A stretch of 63,969 bases of DNA, counting the filler, from Craspedostauros australis (Eukaryota): assembly GCA_030167865.1 (NCBI GenBank). It is 5 parts of 5 records of this genome, joined end to end, with 100 filler letters (N's around TTAATTAATTAA, not from the genome) between each part and the next. Parts side by side here need not be neighbours in the genome. Positions count along the whole stretch, not along the records: positions 30,421 to 52,843 come from JALAGF010000585.1; 4 more parts are not named here. One strand, given 5' to 3'. The stretch's first letter is position 1; every line of letters starts with the position of its first letter. The notes under the pieces were generated by a model. The model did no database searches. It was given only the letters and a program-made list of their open reading frames with translations, and was not told the DNA's origin. Made by a program: the position numbers and the translations under genes. This document shows positions 33,746-44,940 of this stretch, in pieces.

Positions 33746-34643
33746 CGTGACTGGCGTGGACGATTTTCGCGTGCTGAAGAGAGCGACAGCGAGAGAGAGA
33801 GAGAGACTTGGAGAGAACGAGGCAGTACCACACGTACTCGTATGGCAGACCGCCGTCGGCAAGTATAATATGATAGTCGCAGAAGGGAAGCTGCTCTCTT
33901 GTGATGCCTACGCTATGAGATGGCTGGGAGTAGGCAGACCTTGTTTGTATGACTATGGATGGGTGGCTGAAGTTGAGCCGCTCCGGCGCCTCGCATCCAA
34001 CAGCACGAGGAGGTCTCCTGTTCGATGGAGACAATGTGCAAAGTCGCTCCTGATGCTCTCTTGGGCTGCACCGCGGTGACCTTCCACATCCCTCCTCCCT
34101 GCACGATCTCAACGTATCGCAGAGCAAGGATCACGGAGCAAGGATCACAACGAGAAGAAATCGCGTTTCCGCCTCAAGAGGTCAGAGGCGGGTAGTTCTT
34201 GTGATGCTTGTGGTGCTCTGCGCACAAAGAACAAACACAACGAGAACACCACCAGACACGCGCCAAAATCGAGGTCGCAAATTTGTTTGTGACAAGTCGG
34301 ACATGTCAAATCCATCGAATCCCGAGTAATCAACGACTCAATGCGATTCTCTCGCTCTAGAGAGAGAAAGCAGGCTAGAGAGATTCCACGACGAACAAAG
34401 TCCGACCACCTCTGCCAATACAAACAGATACGATGCGAGTACCCTTGCATGAATGCATCATGGTCGTACAGCGTGCCAAGATGCGTGTGCGTGGACATGC
34501 ACGTATGGTGTAGTAGAGCAAGCTATTTTCCTGGTACTCGAAGCACTGAAAGCGTCTGGACAATTCAATTGGACACGACAACATGGAACGATACGGCTAT
34601 GCCGAGCATGCATGGTACGCGTATGAGCAGCGCCACCCTCCGC

Positions 34644-36649
34644 TCAACCGAACGTGTTGTAGTTGCCGCTGGGCCCGTATTCCTTCAGGACACGACCGCA
34701 GACGGTCTTCTCCCAATCCGTCAGCTCCGCCTCGACCGCGGGGGTGTTTTGCTTGGCGTCCTTGCAATGCTGCAGCAGCTTTTCCACCATCGAACTGCGA
34801 TTCCAATCGGACGCCACGCGGATGGATGCGATGAGGTGATTGCACGTGAATGCCGAGTGATTTTCTGCGACGAGCTCGGCGACGCGCGGTTGGTCGAAGT
34901 CGGAGTCGACCTGCTGGATCATCTTGCTGAGGTTCATGGGCGTGACGGACATGACGATGTCCCTGCTGCTGGGGTCGCCCAGGTACTTGCGAACGATCTC
35001 CAGATCGGCGACGCTGATCTCCATCTCCTTGAGCAGCTTCTGCATCGACGGGCCGGACGCCATCGTGGATGACAACATGTCGTCATCGTCACCGCCGCCA
35101 AATGCTTGCGATGAATTGATCTCGATCTCCGTGTCCATTTCGTAGACCTTGCCACCGGTGGTGGAACTGGATTGGGGAATCTTGAGAGTGGGCTCCACGA
35201 CGACGGAATCCGACTTGAAGTCATTCGGCAGGATGGAACTTCCCGGATCCATCTCCGCGCCGCCATCATCCTGCTGCGGCAATGGCTTATCCGAAAAGTC
35301 GCAGACGCGCAGCTTGATTTCGATGGATGGGTTGGTGATGTTGGATGGCGTCTGGACATTGATCTTCAATATGTGCTCGACGGACAGGCAACCGCCGCTG
35401 TAGGAATTCTCCATCGACGACAGCGATGCGACGGGGAAGATCTGGGAGTGCTTCTCGTTCCTCAGCTCGTCCAGAATGGCGACGTTCTCCATGCGCACGG
35501 AATCGCCGCGCTGCTTGGCCTCGTTGACGGCCGTGATGCCCTCGATGGCGTTCTTGTCGAACGAGAGTCTGGCGAACGTGTGGTGCGTCGAGGCGTGGTG
35601 ACCATGGGCTTTCCATGCCACCTTCTGCGTGATCTTGGCCGTGATGGATTCGATGTCGACGGTGGAATGATTGCGGCACGACAGCGAGAGCTGAAGGCCC
35701 TGCGTACCGTTGCGCGCCACGATGCTGTTGCTGAGACGCGCCGCGAACGTCATGGTGCCCTTGTCGAAGCAGCAGCACATCTTGATGGATTTCTGGACGG
35801 GCTTGCCCTCGTATGGCTTGATCTCCGGGTCGATGGGCTTGGCGATCAACGCAATGTCCTTCTCGAAGCTGTAATCGTACACCGTGCCGCTGCCTTTGAG
35901 GACGGCCTTGAGGTTGTATTTGATCTTGCAGGAACCGCTGCCGCCGGTCTTTTCCAACGAGGATGGGAGAACGTCGGGAATCTCAATCTCGAATGGCACG
36001 GTGTACTTGCCGGGATAGATCTTGCCATGTTGGATCATGGAAGCTCCATTGACAGGGACGTCAAGCGTGACGAGGGTTCTTCCAGCGGTTGCTGTCTGCA
36101 GACAGGCAGATGAGATTGTGTTTGAGAGTGTGTTTGAGAGTGTTGTTGAGAGTGCATGGAAGTATAATACCACACATGAGAGTGGGTTAGAGTGAAGTTT
36201 GGCACAATAGTGTGTAATAGAATGGTATGGTAAAGCAATACTTATGAAGTATTGTATTCTATTATTATTCACAATATAAACGTTAGGATAGGCCATGCCA
36301 GATGGAGGTCGAAAGTTGCTGTTCTGCTTTTGCACTGCGCAGAGACGAAGCACACAGGCAGTATGACACGAGGATGCCACCAATCCACACGTTTCAAAGA
36401 GACAACCAATACGACACAACCAAGCAACACAAGTAACACAAGCAACACACTCACCCTCGTCTTGGATCCATTGCTGTCCGATTGCGTGTATCGGACCTTG
36501 CACCTTTCATATCCAGTGAAGGTGAGGGTGAAGTTGGTGCCGCTGATCTCGCTCTGGATGTTGGCCCAGATCTTGCCCACCAGCGTGGATCCGGCGAACA
36601 CCGGCTTGCCAGGGTTCTCCAGTTGGATGCCGAAGTCTGCCTTGCCCAT
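34644..36649 (-). CDS. Alpha-arrestin/SpoOM-like protein with C-terminal helical (DUF4476-like) domain; exons 36649-36455 and 36095-34644 (~548 aa)
   Basis: Exon 1: PVFAGSTLVGKI...LTFTGYERCKVRY. GT-AG intron 36454-36096. Exon 2: GKYTVPFEIEIPDVLPSS...CKIKYNLKA, KMCCCFDKG, NHSTVDI, SYSGGCLSVEHILKI. Confidence 0.85.
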
Positions 36650-37559
36650 TCTTGCTACCTGTGTTTGCTGTTGTTATCTTATCATATAAGATGATATGAG
36701 AGTATTATAATGGTATGATGGTATTGTGACGGTGATGCGTTCTGCTTGGTTTGTCGGATAGTTGTACCCAAGTGGTTGTTGCGCTCGAGTGGAGGTTGTG
36801 CAACGCCAAGAGGATCGGCCAACGGTCGGTGAGTCTTGCTGCGAAATGGCTTCTCACCACGAATGAACACCGCGACACAAAAGATCTCCTGGTGAGAAAC
36901 TGTTGGAGCCGGTTTCCGCACCCCATCTCCCCACCACAAACACCACGCAACAAGCCAGTGGAGAGCAGAACACCATCGAGCAGAGGATGTCGAGCGGCTC
37001 TGGTTGATCCACAGCATTGCGGGGAAACATGGCGTGGCAAGACAAAGCGAGCAACGCCGTATTCCTACCATGTATCGTGAATAAGCGTACTTGTCCAGGA
37101 TGAGAATAAAAGGTGATACGAGTGCTTGTCGGATGCGCGCGGTTTACTTCTATTGAAATGGCGTACCGCACCCTTGGATTGTGTTTGCCTACTTGTTTGG
37201 TTGTTTCGCACATCGGCTCATAGACAACAGCGATTTGATTTGTCCTTTGTATGGTATCGTGCACGCTGCGATAGAGGCTTTGTGAGCACCAGAGAGTGGC
37301 ATGCCTCGTCAGATGAAAAAGTTGCGATGTTGCTTCCGGACGCTTCTCTTCCGATACGAGCAATCGCATCTGCTCATGCGATCGTCGCCCCCTCTGGCGA
37401 AATAGCGAATGCGGTGTTGACATGGCCTCAGCATGAAGGATAGTGCCACTTTTCTTGCCGAGTTGTGTTTGGTTACGCTCTGCTGCAGAAGTCACTGGAG
37501 GTCTGCAACATCACGCTGCGCGATGCAGGGATAAGGGGGTCTCGGTATGGTTGATGCAT

Positions 37560-38893
37560 TTACGCATCTTCGCACCACTTGTTCTCCTCCCGTACTTGAG
37601 CTTCCTCCTCTGGCGAAAAGTCGTTCTGGATGTTGAATGTCTGGCGGATTTCTTCCGGCTGTTGTTGTCCGTTCGTCGGTTGAGATGAGCCACGTATGGA
37701 GTGATGAAATCATGGGGCAGAAATGAGTGATGCAGTTGTGAGTGGTTGAGAAATGGTTGTGATGATAAGGGCAGTCTCAACCAGGAACTCTTTCAAGGTC
37801 ATGTCATGTGGTGGGATGCGTTGCATATCTCTCTCTCTCTCTCTCTCTTTGTGTCTTCGAAAACAACACAACACATGCAACTCTCCATGAAGAAGGGCAC
37901 TCTGTTCTATTCTGCTCTGTTCCAAACTCACGGTCTTTCCCTTGATCATGGAGGCAACAGTCGCGCAGGTGAGGTCGAGCAGCGGCTTGATGTCCATGTA
38001 GTTAGCAGCGAGGATCAATTCGAAGAGCAGCACCTGCTCAATGTCGACAAAGTCCGCATACCACTTCTGCACGACATCGGCCATCTGGCTGGACCTGAGG
38101 GGCTTTTCGATTTCCGTCATTGGTTCCGTGTTGTGGTGCTGGCAGAATTCGATGACCTTTTGCAGGATGTTGGCCTTGACGTTGGGGAGCGGGATCTCCT
38201 TGGCGGCATTGTCGTCATCGTCCTCCTCATCCTCGTCTATCATGCTCTTGACCAGCTCTGACATGGTGGCGACGTTCAGCTTCACTGGAAAGGCATCTCC
38301 TTCCTTGGAGATCTGTCAGACACAAAGCGGGGCATTGCATGTCATTGCATTGCATAATAGAATGGAATAGAAGAGAGTAGCGTGGCATGTCATCACATTG
38401 AGCCGAGTGAGGCACATCAGATCATTTTTGTCATGAAACGAAGTGGTTGCGATTGTGAATGTGAGTGCACATGAGACATCATCATCATCATCATCGTCAT
38501 CAGCAGCAAAGGGATTAGCATTGGGTGAGATTGAGAGTGTGGTCGCAGCAAGGGATTGCGATGCGTTGGTTTGCCCACAGGAAGATCGCCTTCGCCCATA
38601 TCTTCGCCGTTCGTCCCATTGCCCCATTCGTGTGCAAAAGCACAGAGCGCCAACATTGCAGCCGAGCAAGACGGACAGCCAAGAAACCGGTTGCCACAAG
38701 ACCTCATCTTGCTGTTTGCATTGTGCTGTTTGCGCTTTGCTGCCTGCGTTCGTTTTACAGTAACAATCACGCAGCAAACCTGACCACAAACGCAGACATG
38801 GATGTGGCCGTCAACGGTCCGTTGCTGCGGGCAGCTGCACAGAGTGGTGGCACGTACAAGGCTGACTTCGACTGTCTTCTCTTCCACGTCCAT
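37560..38893 (-). CDS. SKP1: SKP1 (SCF adaptor); exons 38893-38858, 38312-37932, 37658-37560 (171 aa)
   Basis: Spliced product [20 protein letters not shown]...[21 protein letters not shown]...[64 protein letters not shown]; both introns GT-AG. Confidence 0.97.
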
Positions 38894-39600
38894 TGTGTCT
38901 ATTTCAATTCGTTGTTGGTTGCGGGTTGGTGGATGATGCTTAGTGATGAGCTGTTGTGGTTTGGTTTGGCATGGATTCGGATGGAATGCAATGCGAGAGG
39001 GAAGGCTTTGTTCTTTTGTTGCTGTCGTTGTAGCTGTTGCTGTCGTCGTTGCGACCGTTGGTGTTGGTTGGATCCTTGTGGTGCTCTTCTTGCTGAGGTT
39101 GTTCGTGTTGGTTCAGAAAGGGGGAAACTTCTCTGTGTTGCCGTTGATGTTGGTGGTGCGCATTCGTGCACTCTCCCTCTGTGTTCTGCCTCTGCGTGCT
39201 TTGCTTGTTTCAACGACCGTTTCTGGTGCCAACACGGGACATTTCGCAGCGGTTCCCTTGAAAATCTGATCCCTAGCATTCTCACACAAACAATCCTATT
39301 CAAATTTGTTAGAAAGTTCACGCACGCTAGGGATTGTCAATGACTTGATTGACTCACTTGACATCACTTTTTCTGCATCGAACAGGCTAATTAATAAGTC
39401 TAGACTATATTACTCTGAACTCCCAAAGCGCATTCGGGAAGCATGACCGGCAGACCACACGATTGCGGAAGACACTCAAGCAAGCTATACTACCATACAA
39501 GTGTTCCACCGCAATACTCGAGTTACTGAAGCTATTGGTGGTGGACTACGAGTGCAAATGCTCTTCATTTAGAGCACTTGATCTGGTGCGAATGATTGCA

Positions 39601-42171
39601 TCAAGACGACGAGGATGTGGCTGGTCGGATGCACAGGTAGGTCTCGTCCTTTGGTTCATCCTCGCTTGCGACGTGGCTGCCGTCCAGGAATCGGTTTTCA
39701 TCGCCCTGCTTCGCCAATGGGATTGCGAGTCCGTCCTTGACACGCTGCACGCGGCGAGAGTACACCTCGGGGTAGGCCAGAATGATCTTGCGGTACGAGC
39801 GATACGGAGGTCTCGGCAAGACGACGTCGCGTCCCTGTATTTGGACCATCGTCTCTTCTGATGATGTTGTGGATGCACCACCCTCAGCAGCAGCAGCGCT
39901 CTCATTCTTCTTGTCCCTCTTCCGCACCGGATGGACGGGTTCCCAATCACCAAACTCGAAATGGATCTGCTGCCGATCCTTCCATCGCAGGAACATGCGA
40001 GGGGCCAGCATCTGGAAGTGATGATCCCGCATCTCGTCGTTCGTCAGCACCAACGATCGGTACTTCATGGCCGCGTGCATCCAGAACCAATCGTCATTCA
40101 TGCCGGCGGGAGTGCGGTACAGGATGCCCCACTCCTGCCACTGCTCCACGACCGGCCTGTAGCTGGAGGGCATGAGGTGTCTTGCAAAATGCCGCTCGTG
40201 CAGGAACAGCAACACGCTCTTCCCCGCCTTGAGGAAATGCCGCACGATCCAATCGATCTGGTTGTAGTCCACGTGACGCGGGGCGCCGGCGAAGTTCGTT
40301 TCAAAGTACCCCACGTTGGCGCCGTCGACCACGACATCCACCTTGCGATCGCCCGGGAAGCTTTTGTCCAGAAAGTTGGTGAACTGCGTCCAACGTTCCT
40401 CGCGCTCCTCGATGCTGAAGTCGCGTCGTTTCTTTCCTTTGCGTCCACCTTGGAATTGCGACGTGTCACCTTCCACCCCGCCCTTCGTGACGATGGTCGC
40501 ATTCATCTCTTCCATCCTCTCCCATGCGTTGGCGGAGATGAAGCATGGCTTGAGAGCGAAGCCTTGCAGGCAGCCGTCCTTCAACGTTCCAGTGGCAGTG
40601 TCCACGGCACACACAGGCGATATGATCCATTCACCTCGTGACTTTTTGGAAGTGGTGACCGGTCCCATGGAGGGCGGCAGTTCTCCATCCCTTGCCTTGT
40701 GTAGATCACGAATTGCCTTCAGCAACCTCCCGATCGCTGCATTTGCGGTGTTGGATGGCATCTTTCTATCTGTCTCATCCTGTACTGCTGCTGCTGTTTC
40801 GTTGGGATCGTTGCCAAACCAGTTGATAACCGCCGTGTCGAATTCCTTGGACGGCACAGGCACTTCATCCGCAACGAACGTGATGACGTACTCCACGACG
40901 TTGACATGCCGCGTGGCCGTCGCACAGTTGAGCAATGCGATGCATTCCCGTTCCGTCGGTTGCAGCGCCTCTTGCTGCAGGATCTGATGCCACAACGTCA
41001 GCGCTGGAACCATCTGCTGGTTTTCGCAGTAGGCCATCAACAGCGGTGTGTACATGCGCAGCTTTGGCTTGCACTGCTGCACGTTCTCGGCTTCCTTCAC
41101 CAACTTGAGTGCCTCATCCAGCTCGTGCGATCTCGCCAGCAACTTCACCAGCGCTGTGTAGCAGGTCTCCGTGAGTCGCAGATTGATGCGATCCATTTGT
41201 TCCTTGATCTCGAAGGCGAACTTGCGCCGTTCTTCGAATGAGACCTCCTCCAAGGGCATCGACTTGCGCTCCTCGGCCTCCTTCTCCAGCTTCTTCCATT
41301 CCTTCTTTTGCTGTTCCTTTTGCGCATTCTTGGGTTGTTTCTGCTTCTGTTGCGGTTCAGCGGAAGCAGATGACGACGATGCACCCGTCGGCCCTTTCGG
41401 CGTGCCAACGTGGACAGACCGCCCCAAACCATCGCACAAGTTGAGAAGAGAGTAGAATATCTGCGGCTCGATCTTGATGCTCTGCGCCAGTGCCTTGTTG
41501 TACACTCGGATGGCGTTGGCAAGATCGTTGAACTTGCAGCTCATCTGGATCTCCCTGCGGATCGAGAGCACAAGCGGATCCACCTTCTTGCTCGATTGAT
41601 GCTTGCTCTTCTTTCGGTTGATTTCGTGTTTTGGATATTTGGTCGGGATGTTGGTGTTGGTATTTGTGTTGGACTTGGACTTTGTGTTGGTCTCATTGTC
41701 ATTGCCATTGCCAATGTTCGCTCCATTCTTCTTCGCCATTTCATTCGATTTCTTCTGCTGCTGCTGCTTCTTCTGCTGTTGACTATTATCTTTCACGTCA
41801 TGATCATGAGCCTTGTTTACAACGTGCTGTGGCTGATGGTTGGGCTGAACTTGCGCCTCGGAACCGCTCATATCATCCATCGCATTCGCAGATCCGAGCG
41901 TATCCACCTTGCGACGCTTCGAGCTTGGTGATGCGTTCGAAGTGCCGTCCGCCTTCGAGCCTTCTGCGTTGCCGTTCGAGTTCATCGCTGCAGGATCAAG
42001 AGATGCAAAAGTGATATTGTCTGAAAGTGTGGATAGTCGCAGTCGTCGACTTTGTGATACCTTGCTGTCTCCCAACGAGGCTCTGTCTTGTTGTTCGAGT
42101 TCGCCATCACTGTTCTCGCGTCTTGGCGGAAGCGTTGGTTGGTTTGAGGAATCCTTCCAAACGTGTTGCAT
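39601..42171 (-). CDS. PRORP: Protein-only RNase P (PPR repeats + NYN metallonuclease); true start may be a downstream Met
   Basis: PPR-like helices (ETCYTALVKLLA, PKLRMYTPLLMAYC); NYN motifs VVVDGANVG, TPAGMNDDWFWMHAA, LTNDEMRDHHFQML; C-terminal YSRRVQ...YLC. Confidence 0.92.
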   Translation of the reverse strand: MQHVWKDSSNQPTLPPRRENSDGELEQQDRASLGDSKVSQSRRLRLSTLSDNITFASLDPAAMNSNGNAEGSKADGTSNASPSSKRRKVDTLGSANAMDDMSGSEAQVQPNHQPQHVVNKAHDHDVKDNSQQQKKQQQQKKSNEMAKKNGANIGNGNDNETNTKSKSNTNTNTNIPTKYPKHEINRKKSKHQSSKKVDPLVLSIRREIQMSCKFNDLANAIRVYNKALAQSIKIEPQIFYSLLNLCDGLGRSVHVGTPKGPTGASSSSASAEPQQKQKQPKNAQKEQQKKEWKKLEKEAEERKSMPLEEVSFEERRKFAFEIKEQMDRINLRLTETCYTALVKLLARSHELDEALKLVKEAENVQQCKPKLRMYTPLLMAYCENQQMVPALTLWHQILQQEALQPTERECIALLNCATATRHVNVVEYVITFVADEVPVPSKEFDTAVINWFGNDPNETAAAVQDETDRKMPSNTANAAIGRLLKAIRDLHKARDGELPPSMGPVTTSKKSRGEWIISPVCAVDTATGTLKDGCLQGFALKPCFISANAWERMEEMNATIVTKGGVEGDTSQFQGGRKGKKRRDFSIEEREERWTQFTNFLDKSFPGDRKVDVVVDGANVGYFETNFAGAPRHVDYNQIDWIVRHFLKAGKSVLLFLHERHFARHLMPSSYRPVVEQWQEWGILYRTPAGMNDDWFWMHAAMKYRSLVLTNDEMRDHHFQMLAPRMFLRWKDRQQIHFEFGDWEPVHPVRKRDKKNESAAAAEGGASTTSSEETMVQIQGRDVVLPRPPYRSYRKIILAYPEVYSRRVQRVKDGLAIPLAKQGDENRFLDGSHVASEDEPKDETYLCIRPATSSSS

Positions 42172-42748
42172 GTTGACATCGAGACGGTTTGCGGACAGAC
42201 AAACGTCGCGCCAAAATCCATGGGCACGTTTGAGAGTGGATCAACAGTGCCTGTCCAGAGGCCGCAAGCAGAAGATGAAGGAGCAGCGCCGTGCTTACTA
42301 CGAGGAGTTACACTGCATGCAAGAGCACAGTCTTCCACTTCAAGCTTTTCGTGCTTCTGGGAACATGAATTGCTTGGTCCTGTGCGTGCGTACTCCTCTT
42401 CAAGATCACTAAGTGCAAGAAACGCAGCATGTGGACAACGGAGGCTGTGTCCTTGAGCCGTACGTCACCAAAGACTGCAAAGTATCGCGAGAGGGTGTGT
42501 CTGTTTGTGATCTAATTGCTGTTGAATGTTACATATAAAATGTTCCTCAATTCGTGTCGTTTGTTCATGCCATGTTTGTTCATGGTCCCAATGTTGCTCC
42601 TTGCGTGTTCTGTATTTCACCAAGCCTGACTGCTGCGATTTCCTCTTTGCCCATGATGCTTCCTGCATCGTGCAGTCCAGCCGCTCCCGCCCGGCCTCCT
42701 GCATTTCTCGACGGCGCATTATTCGACTCTACTGTGCGACATGCTCCT

Positions 42749-43216
42749 TCAGCCCGCGAAACTGCTCATCATCTCGCAGGCCGCGCACCGAGAAACCACA
42801 TTGTTCGGATGCGGCGTGCAGGGTCCATAGATGGAGGCCAACAAGTGCTGGGGCATATGCCGTGACAGATGGCTGACATCCTTCGTGCAGCACGATGATG
42901 CTGCCGTGGACACGTCGTCGTCCTTGCATTCCGCTTCCTCGAGGTACTTGCGCAGGCGCGTAATGGTGGTGATCGATGTGCACGACGCGCAGTGGCGAAC
43001 ATCAATCTCAATGCGCCTTGTGTTGGAAGGAATGGTGTGCAATCTGGGCAAATCATCCTCGTCATTATCGATCGCCGCGTCGCTGCGGTACTGCGATCGT
43101 CTCGCGTTGTAAACACGCTGGAACCTGGAAAGACCGCGGATGGTCCGTTCGGATCGTCCTTGCGGTGCATGCTGGTTGGGGCTGTTGCTGAGTTGGATTG
43201 AGGAAACGTTCTTCAT
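42749..43216 (-). CDS. Possible small hypothetical protein
   Basis: 155-aa ATG ORF after a CAA-rich leader typical of the real genes here; no recognisable domain. Confidence 0.3.
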   Translation of the reverse strand: MKNVSSIQLSNSPNQHAPQGRSERTIRGLSRFQRVYNARRSQYRSDAAIDNDEDDLPRLHTIPSNTRRIEIDVRHCASCTSITTITRLRKYLEEAECKDDDVSTAASSCCTKDVSHLSRHMPQHLLASIYGPCTPHPNNVVSRCAACEMMSSFAG

Positions 43217-44162
43217 GTTTGAGTTGTTGTTGAGTTGTTGCCGAATCTGATGGGCCTGATGAGTCTGATAGATGATCGGTACTTGTGAGAATGAACAAAG
43301 ATGGAATGCTGAAAGATGAACCGTATGCTGATCCTTTGGTCCGATCGATTGTCTGCTTGCTTGTCTGCTTGTTTGTTTGTTTGTTGCGATTGTGAGTCTC
43401 TTTGATTTGTGCGCTCATCCGGTTCATCACTCCGTCGATCGATCGATTCATCACTGGATGGCTGCGCGAATGCAATCCATTGCGCTGTGCCGCATTGATG
43501 CATGGAAAGAGATGCAGTTGTTGATGCGATGAACGTGGCGCACATTGCATGCATCGTGAGCGCTTTGGATGGTATCGTGCAAGACCCGATGCCCTGGATG
43601 GACTGATGGCTTGGTGCACCTTGAAGTTGGTTGACACGGCGCAGCGTTGTTCGTCACGTTTTCTGGATGCCCACGATCGCGGACGTGTGTCGACAGTGAA
43701 AGATACCGGAGTTGTCCGCAATCGTCCAGCTTTGGTCTTCAGTTGGGTTGACGACTCATCGATGACTGATCTCGATGGTCTTGGGCACGAGCCGTGAGCA
43801 TGGTGCTGTGGGTGTTCTGAAAGAGCCCATGTCATTGCCGGTGCTGGATTCTGCATCGATTCGACCCTTTCGATCGCTTTGGGCAACCTCTATTCATCTG
43901 CGTTGCTTCCTCTTCCTCTTCATCTTGATCTTGATCTCAAGGTCTCATGGCAGCATGACATCTTAGCAGAATGACATCATGAATTTGAATTTGAATGCCC
44001 CCATCGTGTTGCTGTGTCCTGTCTCTGAGGATGCTTGTGATGCGGAGCTGTGTTCGTACATTCGCCCTGTGGGAGTGTTCTCATCCAGTCCTTCCATCTT
44101 CCATCTTCGAACAACCTCAACGCTCGGCGGCCGCGCCATGGTCGGTCACCAAAAACAGAGGA

Positions 44163-44200
44163 GCCACAAAACACGACGCCACAAAACACGACGCCACAAA
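44163..44200. repeat. Short tandem repeat, 15-bp unit GCCACAAAACACGAC x ~2.5
   Basis: Read directly. Confidence 0.8.
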
Positions 44201-44940
44201 AATGTGACACACATTTTGTCTGACTTTGAATCGTGTCGTTGGGCATGTGGAAGGCGTCCATTGCCAAGAATACTTAAATGAATGCGAGTACTTTCGACGT
44301 AAATTCCAACGCCCGCCAGTTGCGAGGTTCCTCATGACGCCAGTGTGAACGCTGTGACACACACACAAAGTGGCTGCCAACGATGGCGGTAATGCAACAC
44401 ACGCAGCAGACAGAGGCAAGACATGTCCATCCAATGAGGGGAGGCACGAGCAGACATGCACAAGACAGCCAGATTCGTGAGAAGAGGCGCAGGGGCGAAA
44501 CGGAACCTCTCTCTCTCTTGCGACAGCTGACAGCTCTCCTAGTAGTAGTAGAATTATACCCAACAGTTCCATCCAACAACCCCATCCAAGCAAGCTGCAC
44601 CATCAACAACATTGATGAAGTCGCTCTCCCACATGCGAATAGAGCAGTATTATATATTCGAGCAGACCAACAGCATCCAACTCTGAGTGGAGTGAAAGTG
44701 GAAGTTCTTGCTCGTGCAGCACCCCAGCCTTCACACACATACATCAATCATACATCAATCATTGGAAGACGAAGCAGGACATCCGCGCTCGTGAGCCAAC
44801 GAAGGCATCATCGTCATCTTCATCGTCGCATCGCAACTCGTGGCACTGCCTTCCAGATCCATCGGTGCTGATCCGTCAGTTCGACTACTCCACGAGATAC
44901 TCCAAGAGATACTCCACGAGCTAGTCCAACGAGCCACACT

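Noticed and set aside
34644..38893. Arrestin next to SKP1 as a ubiquitin-pathway cluster
   Set aside because: Eukaryotic neighbours are rarely functionally linked; no shared regulatory evidence.
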